A stretch of DNA of 54,173 nt, taken from Gammaproteobacteria bacterium (GTDB taxonomy: Bacteria > Pseudomonadota > Gammaproteobacteria > QNFN01). Below the pieces are notes generated by a model, which saw only the letters and a program-made list of their open reading frames with translations, did not search any database and was not told the origin of the DNA. Of the stretch, positions 9,146-18,722 are shown piece by piece. The translations under genes were made by a program, and so were the position numbers. The stretch lies in the NCBI GenBank assembly GCA_033722135.1, contig JAWVZO010000001.1, positions 1 to 54,173 on the forward strand. The letters are read 5' to 3'. Numbering within the stretch: position 1 is the stretch's first letter; every line of letters begins with the position of its first letter.

Positions 9146-9173
9146 GGGGCGGCCCAAGGGTCGCCCCTTTCTC
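9146..9173 (+). terminator. Rho-independent terminator after paaK
   Basis: Stem GGGGCGGCC / GGTCGCCCC (9146-9167, one G-U pair, 4-nt loop) followed by TTTCTCGTT. Confidence 0.65.
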
Positions 9174-9402
9174 GTTGGCGAATCGCACATCACTGAGACC
9201 GGATGGCCTTCCCGGGGCATGGCTTGCCGTGGCTCGCGGCCACGCGGGGCTCGCCGAACGGGGCCTCCTGCCCCGTTGGCGAGCGCGCGCGTCCCTGCGC
9301 GCACCCTTCGGGCTGTTCCCGCCGCGGCTGCGAGGCTGCCCTGCATCGACGGGATTCGTCGCCCTCGAACCGGGCGTTCATCCCGGGGTTGTGCGAAGAA
9401 CC

Positions 9403-9434
9403 AAAAAAAGAGGGCGGCCCGTGGGCCGCCCTCT
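9403..9434 (-). terminator. Rho-independent terminator after the OmpA-family gene
   Basis: The minus strand reads AGAGGGCGGCCCACGGGCCGCCCTCTTTTTTTGG, giving an 11-12 bp perfect GC stem followed by a run of seven T. Confidence 0.85.
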
Positions 9435-9456
9435 GACCTCGTGAGGTCGTCGAGTC

Positions 9457-10041
9457 TTACTTGGACTCGATGATCACCGCGATAACGCGACGGTTCTTCT
9501 GGCGGCCCTCGCGGGTCTCGTTGGTGGCCACCGGACGGCTCTCGCCGTAACCGACCGTCTTGATGCGATCGGCGGCGATGCCCTCGTTCTTGACGAGGTA
9601 GTCACGGACCGAGTTCGCGCGACGCTCGGACAGCCCCTGGTTGTACTGGTTCGTACCGATGCTGTCGGTGTGCCCCTCGAGGGTCGCGACCGCGCTCTTG
9701 TGCTTCTTCATGAACGCGGAGACATCACCCAGCGCAGCATGGTACTGCGGGCGGATTTGGGCACTGTCGAAGTCGAACAGGACCTTCAGCTCCATGCGCT
9801 CGGGCGCCATCATCTCGGGGCAGCCGTTGGCGTCGACCTTGGTGCCCTTCGGTGTGTTCGGGCAGTTGTCGCGGCTGTCCGGGACGCCGTCGCCGTCGGT
9901 GTCGGCCGGCGGCATCGGTGCCGGTTCCGCCTTGGGTACGGGCGCAGGTGGCGGCTCCGTCTGTTTCGGGGCGGTGCTGCAGCCCGCCAGGACCACGGTC
10001 ATGATCGCAGCGCCCAGCAGCGCGGTAAGAATCTTCTTCAT
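9457..10041 (-). CDS. OmpA-family lipoprotein with a thrombospondin type-3-like Ca-binding repeat
   Basis: MKKILTALLGAAIMTVVLAGCSTAP contains a lipobox. It is followed by DTDGDGVPDSRDNCPNTPKG and a C-terminal OmpA domain (TLEGHTDSIGTNQYNQGLSERRANSV). The ATG at 10041 has a GGGAG Shine-Dalgarno sequence. Confidence 0.88.
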   Translation of the reverse strand: MKKILTALLGAAIMTVVLAGCSTAPKQTEPPPAPVPKAEPAPMPPADTDGDGVPDSRDNCPNTPKGTKVDANGCPEMMAPERMELKVLFDFDSAQIRPQYHAALGDVSAFMKKHKSAVATLEGHTDSIGTNQYNQGLSERRANSVRDYLVKNEGIAADRIKTVGYGESRPVATNETREGRQKNRRVIAVIIESK

Positions 10042-10171
10042 CGGTAACTCCCTGACACTTCTTTGGTTGCTACGCCCAGTGATCGCGCAGTTCCGCGCGC
10101 CCTCCCTCGCGTAGATGAAATGAAGCATAGTCAAGGACGATAACGCTGTCACTATTCAATGTTGTCTTGTG

Positions 10172-11107
10172 TCAATGCAGGACATAGCCGAACTGCTCGC
10201 GGAACCGATCCTCGAACTCGTCGCGCTCGAAGGCGTGGTTCTGCGTGCCGTGGTGGGCCACCTTCAGCGCGCCCATCAGGCTCGCGACCCGGCCGGTGGT
10301 CGGCCAGTCGAGCCCCTGTTCGAGCCCGTACAGCAGACCGGCACGGTAGGCGTCACCGCACCCGGTCGGGTCGACGGCCGTCGCGACCTCGACCGGTGGC
10401 ACGGCGATCTCCTCGCCACCGGTGTAGATGGTGGAACCCTCGCCGCCCCGGGTAATCACGACCGCGTCGAGGCGACGGGCCAGCTCGGCGAGGGACAGGC
10501 CGGTGCGTTCGAGAAGGAGTCGCGACTCGTAGTCGTTCAGGGTCAGCCATCGCGCCTGATCGATCATTTCGAGCAGCATCGGGCCATCGAACAGCGGCAG
10601 GCCCTGGCCGGGGTCGAGGACGAAGGGGATGCCCGCCTCCGCGAACTGGGCCGCGTGGTCGATCATGCCCTGGCGGCCGTCCGGCGAGACGATGCCCAGG
10701 GTGACGCCGGCAGCCTGGTCCACGCGATTCATGTGCGAGGCGTTCATCGCCCCCGGGTGGAACGCGGTGATCTGGTTGTCGTCGAGATCGGTGGTGATGT
10801 AGGCCTGCGCGGTGTAGGTGTCCGGCACCCGGGTGACGTGGCGGCGATCGATCCCGCGTGAATCGAGCCATTCGGCGTAGGGTGCGAAATCCTCGCCGAC
10901 GGTCGCCATCGGCAGCGGGCGCCCACCGAGCAGGTCGAGGCCGTAGGCGATGTTTCCGGCGCAACCGCCGAACTCCCGTCGCATCTCGGGCACGTGGAAC
11001 GAGACGTTCAGGATGTGCACCTGGTCGGGAAGGATGTGATTCCGGAACCGGTCCTGGAAGACCATGATGGTGTCGTAGGCGATCGAACCGCAGATCAGCG
11101 TGGCCAA
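10172..11107 (-). CDS. PfkB-family carbohydrate/nucleoside kinase (adenosine kinase-like)
   Basis: LATLICGSIAYDTIMVFQDRF...DPTGCGDAYRAGLLYG is the PfkB signature. The start is uncertain. I chose the TTG at 11107 behind an AGGGAGAAGG Shine-Dalgarno sequence, because the track start at 11188 adds a Pro/Arg-rich extension. Confidence 0.8.
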   Translation of the reverse strand: MATLICGSIAYDTIMVFQDRFRNHILPDQVHILNVSFHVPEMRREFGGCAGNIAYGLDLLGGRPLPMATVGEDFAPYAEWLDSRGIDRRHVTRVPDTYTAQAYITTDLDDNQITAFHPGAMNASHMNRVDQAAGVTLGIVSPDGRQGMIDHAAQFAEAGIPFVLDPGQGLPLFDGPMLLEMIDQARWLTLNDYESRLLLERTGLSLAELARRLDAVVITRGGEGSTIYTGGEEIAVPPVEVATAVDPTGCGDAYRAGLLYGLEQGLDWPTTGRVASLMGALKVAHHGTQNHAFERDEFEDRFREQFGYVLH

Positions 11108-11223
11108 GACCTTCTCCCTGGTTGCTGGAGGAGCGGGCCGGAACCGGCCCGGCGGGGGATGGTAGCGAGCGGCCACCGCCCCCGGCAAGACGACGGCTTA
11201 CGGCGCGGTGCGGTCGTCCCGAC

Positions 11224-11682
11224 TCAGATCGCGCCCTCGATCACCCGCCTGAGCAACGCCTCGATCGCCTCGCGTTCGGGGGTCGCGCCGCCGGCCGTCG
11301 GCCGTGGGTAGGCGAGGTAGACGGTCCCCGGCCGGGCCCGGAGCGTGTAGACCGCGATCCGGTAAGGACAGTGGACGAGGTCGTGCGGGTCGGCGTCGGT
11401 CAGCGCCTGGGTCAGCGGCGCGCTGCAGAACTCGACGACCACGGCTTCGCCGTAGACGCTGGTGGTGCCGAGGTCCCTGCCGGTCCGCTCCAGCATCTCG
11501 CCGACCCTGGAAGTGCCGCTCTCGACCAGCCCCTCGCCGATGATCGCGTTCTCGAGATTGAAGCGCACGTCGGCGAAGATGCCCTCGACGTCGACCACCA
11601 CCCGGTCCGGCTCGACCAGCCACCCGGCGGGCAGCGGCCCCGTAGCGACCGCCAGCAGTGCGCCCAGCAGAATCCGTCCCAT
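11224..11682 (-). CDS. DUF302-domain protein with an N-terminal signal-like segment
   Basis: MGRILLGALLAVATGPLPAGW...YGEAVVVEFCSAPLTQALTDADPHDLVHCPYRIAVY... resembles DUF302. The ATG at 11682 has a GGGAGGG Shine-Dalgarno sequence. Confidence 0.6.
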   Translation of the reverse strand: MGRILLGALLAVATGPLPAGWLVEPDRVVVDVEGIFADVRFNLENAIIGEGLVESGTSRVGEMLERTGRDLGTTSVYGEAVVVEFCSAPLTQALTDADPHDLVHCPYRIAVYTLRARPGTVYLAYPRPTAGGATPEREAIEALLRRVIEGAI

Positions 11683-11733
11683 CTCGACACCCTCCCGTTC
11701 CGCGCGATCCGGCATGACGCGCACGATTGGGAG

Positions 11734-11739
11734 TATAAT
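11734..11739 (+). promoter_or_regulatory. Perfect TATAAT -10 hexamer upstream of the radical-SAM/ubiUV operon
   Basis: GGGAGTATAATGCG lies 47 nt before the ATG at 11786. No convincing -35 element is present. Confidence 0.35.
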
Positions 11740-11785
11740 GCGCGGCCCACGCAGCGTCTCGCCGAACCGGCAACCCGCCCAGCGC

Positions 11786-12418
11786 ATGTCCACCCAACCC
11801 GCCAGCACGCCGACCCACGCCGAGCAGACGATCGCCTACCGCATCGGGGATCGGCTGTACCTGAGCATCACGGACCGGTGCACGCTGGTCTGCGATTTCT
11901 GCCCGAAGACCCTCGGCTCGCGCCGCGTGCACGACTACGACCTGACCCTCGACCACCGTCCCGAGTTCGACGAGGTCGTCGCGGCGATCGGCGACCCGAC
12001 CGACTACGCCGAGGTGGTCTTCTGCGGCTACGGCGAGCCGACGCTGCGCCTGAACCTCCTCCTCGAGGTGGCGGGCTGGATCAGGGCGCGTGGCGGACGC
12101 GTGCGGCTCAACACCGACGGCCTGGGCAGCCTGGTCAACAAGCGCAACATCCTCCCGGAGATGGCCGGCCTCGTCGACGCGGTCTCGGTGTCGCTGAACG
12201 CCCAGTCCCCGGAGGTCTACAACCGCCACTGCCAACCGGCTCTGCCCGGGGCCTACCAGGCGGTGCTCGCCTTCCTGCAGGAGGCGCCGCGCTACATTCC
12301 CGACGTCACCGCGACGGCGATCGACGGCCTCGAGGGCGTCGACATCGAGGCGTGCCGGCGCGTGGCACGGATGTGCGGTGCGCGCTTCCGCCGCCGCGAA
12401 CTCGACGTGGTCGGCTGA
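11786..12418 (+). CDS. Small radical SAM protein (resembles the TatD-associated rSAM family)
   Basis: The 210-aa product begins MSTQPASTPTHAEQTIAYRIGDRLYLSITDRCTLVCDFCPK, which contains the CX3CX2C motif. It also has FCGYGEPTLRL and VSVSLNAQSPEVYNRHC. The family assignment is from memory. Confidence 0.7.
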   Translation: MSTQPASTPTHAEQTIAYRIGDRLYLSITDRCTLVCDFCPKTLGSRRVHDYDLTLDHRPEFDEVVAAIGDPTDYAEVVFCGYGEPTLRLNLLLEVAGWIRARGGRVRLNTDGLGSLVNKRNILPEMAGLVDAVSVSLNAQSPEVYNRHCQPALPGAYQAVLAFLQEAPRYIPDVTATAIDGLEGVDIEACRRVARMCGARFRRRELDVVG

Positions 12419-12435
12419 ACCAAGGAGCCCTTGCG

Positions 12436-13431
12436 ATGGATCTCGTCTGCCCCGCCGGCAACCTGCCCGCCCTCAAGGGCGCCGTCGACCAGGGTGCCAA
12501 CGCCGTCTACATGGGATTCCGGGACGACACCAACGCGCGCTCGTTCCCCGGCCTGAACTTCAGCGAGGGCAACGCGCGCGAGGGCATCCGCTACGCGCAC
12601 GACAGGGGCACCGCCGTCTACGTCGCGATCAACACCTACCCCCAGCCGGACGGTTTCGCGCGCTGGCAGGCGGCGGTCGACCATGCCGCCGAGCTCGGCA
12701 TCGACGCCCTGATCGTCGCCGACATGGCGGTCCTGGACTACGCCATGCGCGCCCATCCCGAACTGTCCCGCCACCTGTCGGTGCAGGGATCCGCCAGCAA
12801 TTACGAGGCGATCCGCTTCTACCACGAGGAGTTCGGCGTGAAGCGCGTCGTGCTGCCCCGGGTGCTCTCGCTGGCCCAGGTCGCCCGGGTCATCGAGCAG
12901 GTGCCCGTCGAGGTCGAGGTGTTCGGCTTCGGCGGCCTCTGCGTGATGGTCGAGGGGCGCTGCACCCTCTCCTCCTACGCCACCGGCCAGTCGCCGAACA
13001 GCTGCGGCGTCTGCTCCCCGGCCAGCGCCGTGCGCTGGACGGAGACCGAGCAGGGCCTGGAGTCGCGCCTCGGCGAACTGCTGATCGACCGCTACGCCGA
13101 CGGCGAGCACGCCGGCTACCCGACCATCTGCAAGGGGCGCTACAAGGTCGACGAGGCCACCTACTACGCCATCGAGGAGCCGAGCAGCCTGAACACCCTC
13201 GAACTGCTGCCCGAGCTGCAGGCGATGGGCGTGCGCGCGATCAAGATCGAGGGACGCCAGCGCAGCCCCGCCTACGTGCGCCAGGTGGCGAAGGTGTGGC
13301 GCGAGGCGCTCGACGCCGTGGCCCGCGACCCCGACGGCTTCGCGCCGCGCCCCGAGTGGCGCGCGGCGCTCGGCAAGGTCTCGGAGGGCGCGCAGACCAC
13401 GCTGGGTGCCTACCACCGGCCCTGGCAGTGA
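12436..13431 (+). CDS. ubiU: O2-independent ubiquinone biosynthesis protein UbiU (peptidase U32 family)
   Basis: MDLVCPAGNLPALKGAVDQGANAVYMGFRDDTNARSFPGLNF...KIEGRQRSPAYVRQVAKVWREA...TLGAYHRPWQ is nearly collinear with E. coli YhbU. An AAGGAG Shine-Dalgarno sequence sits at 12422. Confidence 0.93.
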   Translation: MDLVCPAGNLPALKGAVDQGANAVYMGFRDDTNARSFPGLNFSEGNAREGIRYAHDRGTAVYVAINTYPQPDGFARWQAAVDHAAELGIDALIVADMAVLDYAMRAHPELSRHLSVQGSASNYEAIRFYHEEFGVKRVVLPRVLSLAQVARVIEQVPVEVEVFGFGGLCVMVEGRCTLSSYATGQSPNSCGVCSPASAVRWTETEQGLESRLGELLIDRYADGEHAGYPTICKGRYKVDEATYYAIEEPSSLNTLELLPELQAMGVRAIKIEGRQRSPAYVRQVAKVWREALDAVARDPDGFAPRPEWRAALGKVSEGAQTTLGAYHRPWQ

Positions 13432-13457
13432 CCGCCGTGCCCTCCACGACGTCCACG

Positions 13458-14369
13458 ATGCCCCGCCGGCTGTCTCTCGGTCCGGTGCAGTACCACTGGC
13501 CGCGGGAGCGGCTGGAGGCGTTCTACGATGAGGTCGCCTCCGGTCCCGCCGACGTGGTCTATCTCGGCGAGACGGTCTGCTCGAAACGGCGCGCGCTGCG
13601 CCTCGACGACTGGCTGGGACTGGCCGAGTCGCTGCAGGCGGCGGGCAAGGAGGTGGTGCTCTCCAGCCTCGCGCTGATCGAGGCCGAGTCCGAGCTCAAG
13701 CGCCTGCGGCGCCTCTGTGCCAACGGCCGGTTCGCCGTCGAGGCCAACGACGTCGGCGCCGTGCGCCTGCTCAGCGAGCAGGACGTGGCGTTCGTCGCCG
13801 GCCCCTCCGTGAACATCTACAACCAGCACACGCTGGGCCTGCTCGCGCGGCGCGGCTTGCGTCGCTGGGTGATGCCGTTCGAGCTGTCGCGCGCCACGCT
13901 GGCCGGGATCCTCGCCGACGCCCCCGAGGGGGTCGAGACCGAAGTCACCGTGTACGGCCGCATTCCCCTGGCCTGGTCTGCCCGCTGCTTCACCGCACGG
14001 CACCACGACCTGCCCAAGGACGCCTGCGAGGAGATCTGCGACCGCTACGCCGACGGCCTGCTGGTGCGCACCCGCGAGGAGGCGCCGTTCCTCGCCTTCA
14101 ACGGCATCCAGACCCAGTCGGCGCAGACCTACACCCTGGTCGAGGAACTCGTCGACATGGCCGGGCTCGGCGTCGACCTGGTACGCATCTACCCGCAGGC
14201 GGAAGGGACCCACGACATCCTCGCGACCTTCGCCGAGCTGCGCGCGGGCCGCGTTGCGGTCGCCGACGCGAGGCGTCGTCTCGAGGAGCGGATGCCGGTC
14301 GGGCCCTGCCGCGGTTACTGGCACGGCCAGGCGGGCATCGAGTCGGAACTGGCCGGCGCGCTCAGTTGA
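13458..14369 (+). CDS. ubiV: O2-independent ubiquinone biosynthesis protein UbiV (peptidase U32 family)
   Basis: MPRRLSLGPVQYHWPRERLEAFYDEVASGPADVVYLGETVCSKRR...ARCFTARHHDLPKDACEEIC matches E. coli YhbV. An alternative GTG at 13428 (GTGA overlap with ubiU) cannot be excluded. Confidence 0.9.
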   Translation: MPRRLSLGPVQYHWPRERLEAFYDEVASGPADVVYLGETVCSKRRALRLDDWLGLAESLQAAGKEVVLSSLALIEAESELKRLRRLCANGRFAVEANDVGAVRLLSEQDVAFVAGPSVNIYNQHTLGLLARRGLRRWVMPFELSRATLAGILADAPEGVETEVTVYGRIPLAWSARCFTARHHDLPKDACEEICDRYADGLLVRTREEAPFLAFNGIQTQSAQTYTLVEELVDMAGLGVDLVRIYPQAEGTHDILATFAELRAGRVAVADARRRLEERMPVGPCRGYWHGQAGIESELAGALS

Positions 14370-14871
14370 CCCGGGCGCCGAACAGCCGCCGGTAGGCGGC
14401 CAGCGCGCCGTCGATCCAGGTGCGGGTGGACTCGGGCAACGCGTGGACGCCGAGATCGAGGCCGTCGAGGAGGTTCTTGACCTGCAGGCCGAGCGCGGTG
14501 TCGCCGCTGATCCGCAGCCGGCGCTGGAAGAAGAGCGTGTCGGGATCCTCCTCGCCCGTCGCCAGGACCAGGAAGTCGTAGAGCGTGCCGTGCATCGTGA
14601 CGTCGGCCTCGCGCTCGGTGCTGCCGGCGTAGAAGCCCCCGACACCGAGGAACAGCCGGTACTCGACCTGCGCGTCCTCGACCCGGATTGCCACGGTGCG
14701 CCCGAACAGGAACTCCAGCTCGCCGTCGGCCAGCGGCCGCTCCAGCACCCGGTCGAGGACCGTCGCGAGCGCGGTCGAGTGGACCACGCCGGGGACCAGG
14801 CGCAACGGCAGGGCCAGCAGGCCCGGCAGGCGCGCACCGCCTTGTTCGGTCTCGGGCGTCTCGGTCGGCAT
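14362..14871 (-). CDS. ubiT: SCP2-domain ubiquinone biosynthesis accessory factor UbiT
   Basis: ...LADGELEFLFGRTVAIRVEDAQVEY...GEEDPDTLFFQRRLRISGDTALGLQVKNLLD matches E. coli YhbT. The ATG at 14871 is preferred to the GTG at 14889, based on N-terminal length relative to YhbT. Confidence 0.88.
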   Translation of the reverse strand: MPTETPETEQGGARLPGLLALPLRLVPGVVHSTALATVLDRVLERPLADGELEFLFGRTVAIRVEDAQVEYRLFLGVGGFYAGSTEREADVTMHGTLYDFLVLATGEEDPDTLFFQRRLRISGDTALGLQVKNLLDGLDLGVHALPESTRTWIDGALAAYRRLFGARVN

Positions 14872-14879
14872 GGCGCCGG

Positions 14880-14885
14880 ATTCTA
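14880..14885 (-). promoter_or_regulatory. Candidate -10 hexamer TAGAAT only 8 nt upstream of the ubiT ATG
   Basis: The minus strand reads GCTAGAATCCGGCGCCATG. There is no Shine-Dalgarno sequence between the hexamer and the ATG. Confidence 0.3.
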
Positions 14886-14926
14886 GCACGGCACTCCGCC
14901 GGCCGATCGGGCGCCGGACCCTCTGT

Positions 14927-14932
14927 TAAGCT
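14927..14932 (+). promoter_or_regulatory. Candidate -10 hexamer TAAGCT upstream of glgP
   Basis: GTTAAGCTAGCC lies 40 nt upstream of the ATG at 14972. The 10-mer TAAGCTAGCC is identical to the one at 2989-2998. Confidence 0.25.
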
Positions 14933-14971
14933 AGCCGGCATCCGGCGCGCGACCGACAGGGAACCGGGGCC

Positions 14972-17449
14972 ATGCCGCGTGACGACGCCTTCCACGACGA
15001 CCCGCTCGGCTGCGACGCCGATGCGCTGCGCCGCTCGATCGCCCAGCGGCTCACCTACACCATCGGCAAGGACCCGATCACGGCGACCCCGCGCGACTGG
15101 CAGCTCGCCCTGGCCCACGTCGTCCGCGACCGGCTCACCGACCAGTGGATGCGCACCATGCGCGCGCTCTACCGGACCGGCACGAAGCGGGTCTACTACC
15201 TGTCGCTGGAGTACCTGACGGGACGCCTGCTGCACACCAGCCTGCTGAACACCGGCCTGCTCGAGGCGGCCGAGGAGGCGCTGGACGCACTCGGCCTCGA
15301 CTTCGACACGCTGCGCCTGATCGAGCCCGACGCCGCGCTCGGCAACGGCGGGCTGGGGCGCCTGGCGACCTGCCTACTCGACTCGATGGCCACCCTGCGC
15401 CTGCCCGGCTACGCCTACGGCATCCGCTACGAGTACGGCATGTTCTACCAGCGCATCGAGGGCGGCTGCCAGGTCGAGCATCCGGAGAACTGGCTGCGTT
15501 ACGGCAACCCGTGGGAGTTCGCCCGGCCCGAGGTGCTCTACCCGGTCAAGTTCGGTGGCCGGGTGGTCGACTACCGCGACGACCGCGGGCGGGACCGCCA
15601 CCAGTGGCTCGACACCGAGGAGGTCATGGCGATGGCCTACGACACGCCGGTGCCCGGCTACCGCAACGGAACCGCGCTCAACCTGCGGCTCTGGTCGGCG
15701 AAGGCGTCGCGCGACTTCGACCTGCGCTACTTCAACGAGGGCGACTACATCAAGGCGGTCGAGGACAAGAACCGCTCGGAGAACCTCGCCCGGGTGCTCT
15801 ACCCGGTCGACACCACCAGCATGGGCCGCGAACTGCGCTTCAAGCAGCAGTACTTCTTCGCCAGCGCCTCGCTGCAGGACATCCTGTTCCGTTTCACCCG
15901 GCAGCACGACGACCTCGCGCTGCTGCCGGACAAGGTGGCCATCCAGCTCAACGACACCCATCCGTCGATCGCCATCGCCGAGCTGATGCGCCTGCTGGTC
16001 GACGTCCACGGGCTCGACTGGGACACGGCCTGGGGGCTGACGGAACGCACCTTCGGCTACACCAACCACACGCTGCTGCCAGAGGCGCTGGAGACCTGGC
16101 CGGTGCCCCTGTTCGAGCGGCTGCTGCCGCGCCACCTGCAGATCATCTACGACATCAACCACCGCCACCTCGAAGCGGTCCGTCACCACTTCCCCGGCGA
16201 CGTGGACCGGCTGCGACGCATGTCGCTGATCGACGAGGCGGGCGAACGACGGGTGCGCATGGCCGGGCTGGCGTGCGTCGGCAGTCACCACGTCAACGGC
16301 GTCTCGGCGCTGCACACCGACCTGCTCAGGCGCCGCACCTTCGCCGACGCCGAGGCGCTCCGACCCGGCCACATCGTCAACGTCACCAACGGCGTCACAC
16401 CACGGCGCTGGCTCCACCAGGCCAACCCTGGGCTGTCGGCCCTGGTCAGCGAGGTGCTCGGCGAGGGCTGGGTCACCGACCTCGACCGGCTGGGCGATCT
16501 CGCGCCGCTCGCCGGGGATGCCGCGTTCCGCGCCCGCTTCCGGGCCGCCAAGCAGGCCAACAAGGCGCGCCTCGCCGCGCTGGTCTTCCAGCACACCGGC
16601 GTGCGGATCCGCGACGACGCGCTGTTCGACGTGCAGATCAAGCGGATCCACGAGTACAAGCGCCAGCTTCTCAACCTGCTGCACGTGATCACCCTCTACA
16701 ACCGCATGCGCCTGGCGCCCGGCGATGGTCACGTGCCCCGGGTCTGCATGTTCGCCGGCAAGGCGGCGCCGAGCTACGCGATGGCCAAGCTGGTGATCCG
16801 CCTGATCAACGATGTCGCCGACGTGATCAACAACGATCCGCTGGTGGGCGACCGGCTGCGCGTGCTGTTCGTGCAGAACTACGACGTCTCGACCGCGGCG
16901 GACATCATTCCGGCCGCAGACCTCTCCGAGCAGATCTCGTTGGCCGGGACCGAGGCATCGGGGACCGGCAACATGAAGCTCGCGCTCAACGGCGCGCTGA
17001 CCATCGGCACCCTCGACGGCGCCAACATCGAGCTCCGCGAGCGGGTCGGCGAAGAGAACTTCTTCGTCTTCGGGCTCGACTGCGACGGGGTCGCGCGCCT
17101 GCGCGAGGAAGGGTATCGCCCGGGGACGATCTACCGCGAGGACGAACGACTGCAGCAGGCGCTGGACATGATCTGCACCGGCTACTTCTCGCCGCGGGAA
17201 CCGACGCGCTACCTGGGACTCGCCGACCGCCTGCTCGACGACGGCGACCGCTTCCTGATCCTGGCCGATTTCGCCGCCTACCTCGACGCGCAGGCGCGGG
17301 TCGAGGCGCTGTGGCGGGACCCGGAGGCGTGGAGCGCCGCGGCGATCCGCAACGTGGCCGCGATGGGCCACTTCTCGAGCGACCGGACGGCGCGCGAGTA
17401 CGCGCGGATCTGGCAGGTGGAGCCGTTGCCGGCCGACGCGTCGGAATGA
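14972..17449 (+). CDS. glgP: Glycogen/maltodextrin phosphorylase
   Basis: 825 aa with YYLSLEYLTGRLL, GNGGLGRLA and EASGTGNMKLALNGALTIGTLDGANIE (the pyridoxal-phosphate site). Confidence 0.95.
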   Translation: MPRDDAFHDDPLGCDADALRRSIAQRLTYTIGKDPITATPRDWQLALAHVVRDRLTDQWMRTMRALYRTGTKRVYYLSLEYLTGRLLHTSLLNTGLLEAAEEALDALGLDFDTLRLIEPDAALGNGGLGRLATCLLDSMATLRLPGYAYGIRYEYGMFYQRIEGGCQVEHPENWLRYGNPWEFARPEVLYPVKFGGRVVDYRDDRGRDRHQWLDTEEVMAMAYDTPVPGYRNGTALNLRLWSAKASRDFDLRYFNEGDYIKAVEDKNRSENLARVLYPVDTTSMGRELRFKQQYFFASASLQDILFRFTRQHDDLALLPDKVAIQLNDTHPSIAIAELMRLLVDVHGLDWDTAWGLTERTFGYTNHTLLPEALETWPVPLFERLLPRHLQIIYDINHRHLEAVRHHFPGDVDRLRRMSLIDEAGERRVRMAGLACVGSHHVNGVSALHTDLLRRRTFADAEALRPGHIVNVTNGVTPRRWLHQANPGLSALVSEVLGEGWVTDLDRLGDLAPLAGDAAFRARFRAAKQANKARLAALVFQHTGVRIRDDALFDVQIKRIHEYKRQLLNLLHVITLYNRMRLAPGDGHVPRVCMFAGKAAPSYAMAKLVIRLINDVADVINNDPLVGDRLRVLFVQNYDVSTAADIIPAADLSEQISLAGTEASGTGNMKLALNGALTIGTLDGANIELRERVGEENFFVFGLDCDGVARLREEGYRPGTIYREDERLQQALDMICTGYFSPREPTRYLGLADRLLDDGDRFLILADFAAYLDAQARVEALWRDPEAWSAAAIRNVAAMGHFSSDRTAREYARIWQVEPLPADASE

Positions 17450-17465
17450 CGCGGCGCGGACCGGC

Positions 17466-18722
<1,257 letters not shown>

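Noticed and set aside
9175-9473. Several 60-90-aa ORFs in the paaK/ompA-family spacer.
   Set aside because: Their translations are Arg/Pro/Gly/Ala-rich and mutually overlapping in different frames. None has a ribosome-binding site. The region is better described as structured non-coding DNA (see finding).
10149-10175. TTGACA (minus strand, 10175-10170) as the -35 element of a promoter for the OmpA-family gene.
   Set aside because: The only -10-like hexamer (TAGTGA) lies at a 15-nt spacing and is a poor match. The TTGACA overlaps the stop codon of the upstream kinase gene. Too weak to report as a feature.
13428-13457. Alternative GTG start for ubiV overlapping the ubiU stop.
   Set aside because: It is possible, but the ATG at 13458 aligns with the E. 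coli YhbV N-terminus (M-x-x-SLGPV). I kept it as a note only.
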